Assembly: GCA_965240325.2 (NCBI GenBank)
Contig: OZ251244.1
Location: 124,001 to 188,000 of the forward strand
Direction of reading: 5' to 3'
Source of the DNA: Rebecca billardiae RCC1528
Lineage: Eukaryota > Protista > Haptophyta
DNA length: 64,000 nt
Shown here: in pieces, positions 57,450-64,000 of the stretch
Layout: every line of letters begins with the position of its first letter
Numbering within the stretch: the first letter of the stretch is position 1
Program-made: the position numbers and the translations under genes
The notes under the pieces: model-generated
Databases searched by the model: none
What the model was told of the DNA's origin: nothing
Seen by the model: only the letters and a program-made list of their open reading frames with translations

Positions 57450-59495
57450 ATGGCGGCCCGACTCATCCCGACGGCGCAGCCGATGTCGCGCAAGTGGTCG
57501 CGCTCCTCCCTCCTCGCGCTGAGCACGCAGTCCTCCGCCCTCCTCGTCTGCGGCGGCGCCTCCGCCGAGGAGGCGGCACTCGCCGAGGCGAAGCTGCACA
57601 CCGCCGGCTTTGCGCGCGTCGACGTCGCGCGCTCCTTCCTGTGCGCGCTCGAGGCGGTGGACGCGGACGTGCGCGACGCGGGCTGCGTGGCATACACGCG
57701 CATCTTCTGCGACGTCGGCGCGTGGGAGGCCAACGCCGTCACGTTCGTGCGCATGCTCCTCTCGAGCGGCTGGCCCGTGTCCGTGGTCGTCCTCGCCAGC
57801 GCGCCCGCGCGCGGCTCGAGCGCCGAGGCGGCGTGCGCGCTGCTCAGCTCGGCGTGCGGCGTGGACGGCGTCCTTCGGCGCGGCGCGACCGCGCTCGAGC
57901 TCGCCGACTACGCGAGCGGCTTCGAGGAGGCCGCCGACCGCTCGCTGAGCGTGCAGGCACTGCTTGGGCCGATGCCGCGCCGCCCGTCCGACAGCGAGCT
58001 GGCGCCGCCGGCGCAGGACGCGCCGCGCGGCGTGGAGCCGGGCGCGCCGCGCGCGCTGCCCTCGCGCGCGCGCGCGTACTGGGACGTCGTGCCCGGCGAG
58101 CAGATCGAGACGCACATCGTGGTGATGGGCTGCGCGCTGCTGCTCGAACAGCTGCTCGCGGGCAGCGGCGGCGGCGGCGGCGGCGGCGCGGCGGCGGCGG
58201 CGGCGGAGGCCGAGGCGCGCGCGGCAAAGGCTGCCGGGCCCGTGGGCGGCGCCGGCGTGGAGGGCGCAGGCGGCCGTGGTGACCGAGCGTCGCCGCTCGG
58301 CCTGCCCGACGTCGGCGCCGTGCACTCCGCGCTCGAGTACCAGAACGAGTACGGCGGCGCGTGCGCGTCCAAGCCGGCCGAGTGCGCGTGCGCGCCGACG
58401 CGCATCCACAGCGGCGGAGGCGGCGGCGGCGGCAGTGGCGGCGGCTGCTGCTGCTGCCCGTGCGCCGCTGCGCTGCCCACGCCGCCGCGCGCCGACAGCC
58501 CGCGCGGCTCGCCGCTGCTGCTCTCCGACACGAGCGACGACGACGAGGGCGATGGCGGCGCCGCCGACGGCGCGTTCGGCAGCAGCGACAGCGGCAGCAG
58601 CGGGTGCGCATCGCCGCGCTCGGCCACGCGCGGACGCGGAGGCGGCGGCGCGCGCGCGGCGCCCGCAGAAGCGGAGGCGGAGGCGGAGGCGGAGGCGGAG
58701 GCGCCGCCGAGCGCGCAGGACGCGTACCGCTTCCTGATGGTGCTCAAGCTCACGCTGGAGCTCGACGACCGCCTGCTCGTCGTCGCCGCCGTCTACCTGC
58801 AGCGGCTGTGCGCGACGCTCGGCGCGCGCGCGCTGCGCGGCCGCTGGCACGAGCGCGTGCTCGGCGCGGCGGTCGTCGGGCTCAAGGCGCACTCGGACAC
58901 GCCGCCCACGCTGGGCGAGCTGGGCTCGCGGCTGGCGATGTGGAGCTGCGACGCGCGCCAGCTGCGCCAGCTCGAGGCGGCCGTGCTGCGCGGGCTGCAG
59001 TGGCGCACGCTCGTGCGCGCCTCTCAGTACGAAGGCACGCGCATGCAGCTGCGCGCGCTGCACGACACGCGCTGCCCGCTCGCGCACGGCGGCGCGGCGC
59101 ACGAGCAGACGCGGGCGCCGGGGGGCGAGCGGGGCGCCGCCGCCGCCGACGGCGACGGCGACGAGGCGTGCCGCGAGACCTCGCCGCCGCACCGCTACGA
59201 CGGCTTCGCCTCGCCCTCGCCGCCCTCGCGCCGGCTGCGCGAGCGTCGCCCGTCCGCTTGCTCGCCTAACGCGCTCGTGCGCCGCTCGCCCGCCGCCTCG
59301 GCGCGGCCCTCGCCCTCGTCCAGCGGCGGCTTCCGCAGCCGGCGCGCGGCGGCGCAGGGCGGCGCGAGCTCGACGGCCGGGGCGACGGGCGGTGCCGGCG
59401 CGCTCCCGCTCGGGGCGCTGTCCGCGCCGCTGCACCTGCGCCCGCCGCCGGGCACGGCGCCGACCATCACTGTCAGCGCGTGGCGCGAGTGCTGA
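57450..59495 (+). CDS. Receiver (REC)-like domain fused to a cyclin Y/PHO80-like cyclin box
   Basis: REC-like ~57531-57911 (ALLVC...YTRIFCDV...FVRML...PVSVVVLAS...GVDGVLRRG..ALEL); cyclin box ~58703-59065 (PSAQDAYRFL...VAAVYLQRL...RVLGAAVVGLK.HSD...LRQLEAAVLRGLQWRTLVRASQY...LRAL); intronless. Confidence 0.75.
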   Translation: MAARLIPTAQPMSRKWSRSSLLALSTQSSALLVCGGASAEEAALAEAKLHTAGFARVDVARSFLCALEAVDADVRDAGCVAYTRIFCDVGAWEANAVTFVRMLLSSGWPVSVVVLASAPARGSSAEAACALLSSACGVDGVLRRGATALELADYASGFEEAADRSLSVQALLGPMPRRPSDSELAPPAQDAPRGVEPGAPRALPSRARAYWDVVPGEQIETHIVVMGCALLLEQLLAGSGGGGGGGAAAAAAEAEARAAKAAGPVGGAGVEGAGGRGDRASPLGLPDVGAVHSALEYQNEYGGACASKPAECACAPTRIHSGGGGGGGSGGGCCCCPCAAALPTPPRADSPRGSPLLLSDTSDDDEGDGGAADGAFGSSDSGSSGCASPRSATRGRGGGGARAAPAEAEAEAEAEAEAPPSAQDAYRFLMVLKLTLELDDRLLVVAAVYLQRLCATLGARALRGRWHERVLGAAVVGLKAHSDTPPTLGELGSRLAMWSCDARQLRQLEAAVLRGLQWRTLVRASQYEGTRMQLRALHDTRCPLAHGGAAHEQTRAPGGERGAAAADGDGDEACRETSPPHRYDGFASPSPPSRRLRERRPSACSPNALVRRSPAASARPSPSSSGGFRSRRAAAQGGASSTAGATGGAGALPLGALSAPLHLRPPPGTAPTITVSAWREC

Positions 59496-59890
59496 CATGA
59501 CCTGCTGACGATGTGTGATGAGCGACGAGCAGCGCTGCCGCGGCCGGGCCGGCGGGTGCGACCGACGACGTCGACCGAAGACGACAGCTGTATGATGTCG
59601 TATAGTACAATATATAGGTCCGCCGGCGCATATATCTGGCGGTAGCAGCAGCCGCCGCCGCATGCATTACTTGACTGTCGCGCGTAACTATAATGCTGTC
59701 GCCATATCTGCATATCAGCCTCAGGCTCAGCTATACGCCTACGGCAGTGTGAGTGAGTTCAGTGATATATATATATGAGTATATATAATCCGCGCGGACG
59801 AAGCCGCGCCGGATCGAACGATGCGCGCATCAGTAGCCGCTATACTTATTATATATATATCATCATCAACGGCAGAGCTACTCGCATCAG

Positions 59891-62800
59891 CTACTGCAAT
59901 GCGCTCAGGCCGACGACCGTCACCGTCGCCGCACGCGCGAGGGCGAGCGCATCGCGCGTGTGCAGCACGGACGCGTGGCTCGCCGAGCGCAGGGGCACGC
60001 GGCCCACGCTCGCGGGCTCCGGCCGCGCGCCGTGCGCGTCCGACGCGGTCGCGTGCCATGTCGCACGCCGCTGCGACGGCAGCGGCAGGGCAACGCTATC
60101 GCTCGCGCGCCGCGGCCGGCGGCGCGGGGGAGGCTCCGCGCCGCTGGTCGCTGCCTCTGCTGAGTCCGGCGAAGCAGGGCTTGCCACCGCCGCCGCGCCT
60201 GCCGCACGGACGAGCGGCGCGTGCGCAAGCGCCCCGCCGCTGCGCCGCGCCCGCCGCCGCTCGGGCGAGCACGGGGCCGAGTTGGTGCGCGGCGCGGCGC
60301 TTGTCGGCGGCGTCGCGCTCGTCGGGCGGCGCGGCGCGGGCGGCGTCGCGCCGAGCGCGCGCGCCGAGCGCGCGGACGCGCCGCCGCCGCGCGCGCGCGC
60401 GCCCTTGCCCGCGCCGCCGCGCATCAGCTGCGTCAGGTTGGCCGACAGCGCTCGGAAGCCGCTCACGAAGCCGCCGCCGCCGCCCGAACTCGGCCGCGCC
60501 GCGCTCGCGCCGAGCGCGCCCGGCACCGGTAGCGCTGGAAGCGACTGCCGGGTGCGCGCGGCGCGCGCGCACTCGGCGCCGCCGCCGCCCGCCGTGCCGC
60601 CGCCGCCGCTGCCCGCCATCGGCGCGGCCGCAGAGGGCGGCACGGGCGGCGCGGAGGCGCGGCGCGTCTCGGTGGGCGGCGCCACCATCGAATCATGCGC
60701 CGCCTCCGCCGCCTCCTCCGCCTCATCGCGCTGCTGCTGCTGCTGCGGCTGCTGCTGCTGCGGCTGCTGCTGCTGCGATGGTGGCGGCAGCGGCAGTGGC
60801 GGCTGCGCTGCCGAGCGCTGATTCGGCGAGGGCGGCGCGGCGTCGGCCGCGGGCGCCACGGCCGGCGCGACGGCTGCTGGTGCGCGCACGTCCGGAGGCG
60901 GCGCGGCCGCGGGTGCCACCACCGCGGCCGCGGCTGCGGGTGGGGCAACGACGGCTACTGCGCCTGCGGCAGCCGCCGGCGCCGCCGCGGCTGCCGCGCC
61001 GCCGCCCGCCGATGCCGCGCCTTCGGCCGCGGCCGCGCGCTCTGCGCCTGGCGCCGCGCCGCGAGGCGTGGCGGGCGCCGGGGCGGCGGCGGCGGCGGTG
61101 GCGGCGGGAGCCCCAGGGCTTGCGCGTGCGGGCGCGGCGGCGCTGGCGGGTGCGGGCCATGCGCATGCGCCAGGGCTCGCGGGCGGAGGCGGCCACGCGC
61201 TCAGCGGCGCGCGCGGCTCGGCGTGTGCGCCGAAGCCGTTTGCGGCGGCGGCACTCGGCGCCGCGCTGCGCGCGGGCGTGGGCGCGGGCGTGTGCAGCGG
61301 CGTGGGCGGCGCGAGCGGCGGCGGCGCCACGCCCGCCGCCGCCTCCGCCGCCGCGGCGACCGCCGCCACGCGCAGCGCGTCAGGCGGCCGCAGCTGCGCC
61401 AGCGCGCCGTGCGCCTCCGCAGACACCGGCACGCCCGCCTCCCGAAGCTGCGGCGGACGCGCGAGCGCGGCGGACGCGCGGGCGCGGGCGCGGGTGTTGG
61501 CGCGCGCGCGTCAGCGGCCGGCTGCACGCGCGGCAGACGCGGGCGGCGCGCGCCTCGGCGCGCCGCCGCGTGGCTGCGCGCGGCGGCGCGCGCGGCGCCC
61601 GCCCCCGCGCCCGGGGTTGGCGCACCCACGCACCCACGCACCCACGCACCCACGCACCCACGCACACACGCACACACGCACACACGCACACACGCACACA
61701 CGCACACACGCACACACGCACACACGCACACACGCACACACGCACACACGCACACACGCACACACGCACACACGCACACACGCACACACGCACACACGCA
61801 CACACGCACACACGCACACACGCACACACGCACACACGCACACACGCACACACGCACACACGCACACACGCACACACGCACACACGCACACACGCACACA
61901 CGCACACACGCACACACGCACACACGCACACACGCACACACGCACACACGCACACACGCACACACGCACACGCGCGCTCCGCCTCCGCCTCCGCCTGCGC
62001 TGTGCTGCGCTGTGCTGTGCTGCGCTGTGCTGTGCTGGGCTGGGCTCACCTGTCCGAGCAGCAGGTCGATGGCGCCGTCCCGGAGTCCGAGCTGCTCCAG
62101 CGCCAGCCCCTGCAGCCCCTCGCGCATGCGCAGCTGCAGCTCGAGCTGCATCACCTCGAGCTCCATCAGCTGCGCGCACGACAGCAGCCGCAGGAACGGG
62201 CGCAGCGCGACGGACCCGCCGCCGCCGCCGGCGGCGGCGGCGGCGGACGGCTGCGGCGGCGCGGCTGGTTGCGCGGCGGCGGCGGCGCGGGGCGACGGCG
62301 CGCTCGGCGAGGCGCGCAGGCGCGCGCACGCCGAGAGCACAGGCGACGGCTCGGCGGCGGAGGGCGGGCTCGGCGGCGCGGGCTCGGCGGCGGACGCGGC
62401 AGGCTGGCTCAGCCGCCGCTGCCGCGCGCCGCCGCGCGAGCCCGGCGCTCGCTCGCGCGCGCCCGCCGCCGCGTGCAGCTGTGTGTACAGCGCCGCTGCC
62501 CCGGCCTCGTTCGCCTGCAGGCCACACGCGAGGCGCTGTGGGCGCGCGAGCGCGCGCGCGAGCGCGGCGCGCGGAGGGGCGCGGGGGGCGGCGGGCGCGC
62601 GCGGGCGGGCGCGCGTGGACGTCGGCACACGGCGCGCGCAGCGCAGCGGCGGTGGGCGCGCGCGCGGCGCGGCGCGGCGCGGCGCGCGCGGCACCTGACG
62701 CGTGGCCTCGTTGATGGCCTCCGCACGGCTGCGTCTCGCCGCCTCCGCCTCGAGCGCCGCCAGCGCGTCCGCCGCCGCCGCCGCCGCCATCACCGCCGCC

Positions 62801-63924
62801 ACGCCGCCCTCACCGCCCTCGGCGCCCTCCGCCGCCGCGCCCGCGCGCGCCGCCGCCGTCCGCTCGGCCAGCGCATGCAGGTCCGCCCGATTCTGCCGCG
62901 AGGTTTGATTCAGCTCGAGCAGCGAGCGGCGCAGGCCGAGCCGCTCCTGGAAGTTGGTCACCAGCGCGGCCTGCAGCCAGCGCAGCCGCGCGCTCTCGCG
63001 CCGCGCCGCCGCGCGCGCGCCGAGCCGCGCCGAGCCGCGGTGAGCGCTGCCGTCGGCGGCGTCGGCGTCGGCTTCGCGCGCGTAGCCCGCGCGCTCGGCG
63101 GCGGCGGCGGCATCGGAGCCGACCTCAGAGCAGCCGCCGTCCGAGCGGTCCGAGCCCTCGTCGTCCTCGTCCCCGAGCAGCTCCGAGTCGGTGCCGAACC
63201 CGTCCTCCTCCTCGTCCTCGTACTCGTCCTCCTCCTCCGACCAGCCGGACGGCGTCGCCGCGCCGCCGCCGCCGAGCGCGCCGCCGGCGCCGCGCGCCGG
63301 CGCCGCGGCGTCGGCCGCGGCGTCGGCCGCGCGCTCATCCGGGCCGCCGGCTGCGGCCGGCCACGAGGCGGCGAGCTGGGCGCGCGCGAGCGAGGCCGCG
63401 GCCTCGGCCGGCGGCACGCCCGGTGCGTGCGCGGCGTGCTGCCGCGCCGCCTCGCCCCGCCGCGCGTGCGCCGACGGGCGGCGCAGCCCCGGGCTGTGCG
63501 ACGCCGCACTCCGATGCGAGAGCACCGACCGCGCGGACGGCGCGCGCGAGAGCGGGGCGCGCGGCGTCGCCGGCGCGCTGCCCCCCCCGGTGGCGGCGGC
63601 GGTGGCGGCGCGGGCGGCGCGCGGCGAGGCGGCGGCGGCCGCCGCGCCCGCGGCCGCCGCCGCGCCCGCCTGCCGCTCCGCCTCCGCCCCGTGCAGCGGC
63701 GGCGGCACCCCGTGCGCGATCAGCTGCGCCCGCAGCGCGCCCACCTCAGCTCTCAACTCGGTCACAAGCCGGTGGTAGGCTGCAAGCTGCTGCTGCGCGT
63801 GCGCCGCGCGCGCGCCGCGCTGCCCCGAGCCGGTGCGGATGTGGCTGGCCCTGTGCGCGTACTTGAGCGTGTTCACCGACTCGTCGAACGAGGGCGCGCC
63901 CGGCGCGAGGCAGCACAGCATCAC
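59891..63924 (-). CDS. 3' portion of a kinesin (kinesin-8/KIF19-like); exons 63924-62695, 62514-62050, 61447-59891; motor continues beyond the window
   Basis: End of motor VMLCCLAPGAPSFDESVNTLKYAHRASHI, neck coil YHRLVTELRAEVGALR, NFQERLGLRRSLLEL; introns in frame. Confidence 0.82.
61622..61972. repeat. Intronic 8-bp tandem repeat (GCACACAC)n, preceded by (GCACCCAC)n
   Basis: About 38-39 perfect GCACACAC units plus ~5 variant units, inside intron 61448-62049. Confidence 0.97.
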
Positions 63925-64000
63925 CTGCGCCAGAGCGAGCACACCCCAGCCACACGGGCCGGAGGCGGCGGAGGGCGGCGCGGACGCGCGCGCGCCGCGC

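Noticed and set aside
61380-62527. Cys-rich (VCVCACVR)n or His-rich (HTHTRTHA)n metal-binding proteins
   Set aside because: These are translations of an intronic 8-bp repeat; splicing it out keeps the kinesin frame.
1-64000. Hundreds of long Arg/Ala/Pro/Gly-rich ORFs (e.g. 2565-4847, 30755-33748, 57264-59663, 60695-62698)
   Set aside because: They are antisense or off-frame shadows of real genes; stop codons are rare at this GC content and they carry no domain motifs.

Overview
This is very GC-rich, intron-containing eukaryotic nuclear DNA. The GT(GCGC)...CAG introns, CG/CA microsatellites, eS19 gene and bipartite plastid presequences fit a secondary-plastid alga, possibly a Pavlovales haptophyte (inference). 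Most listed ORFs are antisense or frame shadows caused by the high GC. About 16 real genes can be supported: a PAPS sulfotransferase, a spliced 6-TM + TIR-like protein, a plastid-type acetyl-CoA synthetase head-to-head with RPS19, a zinc-knuckle ORF, an LpqC/PHB-depolymerase-like esterase, two tandem F-box + RCC1 paralogs, a TRIC/TMEM38-like channel, a 7-kb intronless receptor-like protein, a hypothetical protein, a KCTD-type BTB protein, a six-exon J-domain protein, an ARM + BTB protein, a tandem GST-N protein, a receiver + cyclin-Y-like fusion, and the 3' part of a kinesin-8-like gene. Intergenic DNA holds several non-autonomous transposons with readable ends: a Mutator-like element with a 9-bp TSD plus a 107-bp mini version, a CAC-ended element with a 2-bp TSD, a complete 1.5-kb LTR element with PBS, PPT and 5-bp TSD, and Tc1/mariner-like ends. 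It also holds a 49-bp perfect palindrome and a ~350-bp foldback. The most novel-looking items are (1) a single-pass receptor whose cytoplasmic part is a nucleoside hydrolase followed by a pseudo-hydrolase, (2) a response-regulator receiver domain fused to a cyclin Y-like domain, and (3) a multipass membrane protein carrying a TIR domain with its catalytic Glu. All domain calls come from motif recognition by eye; no database search was run.
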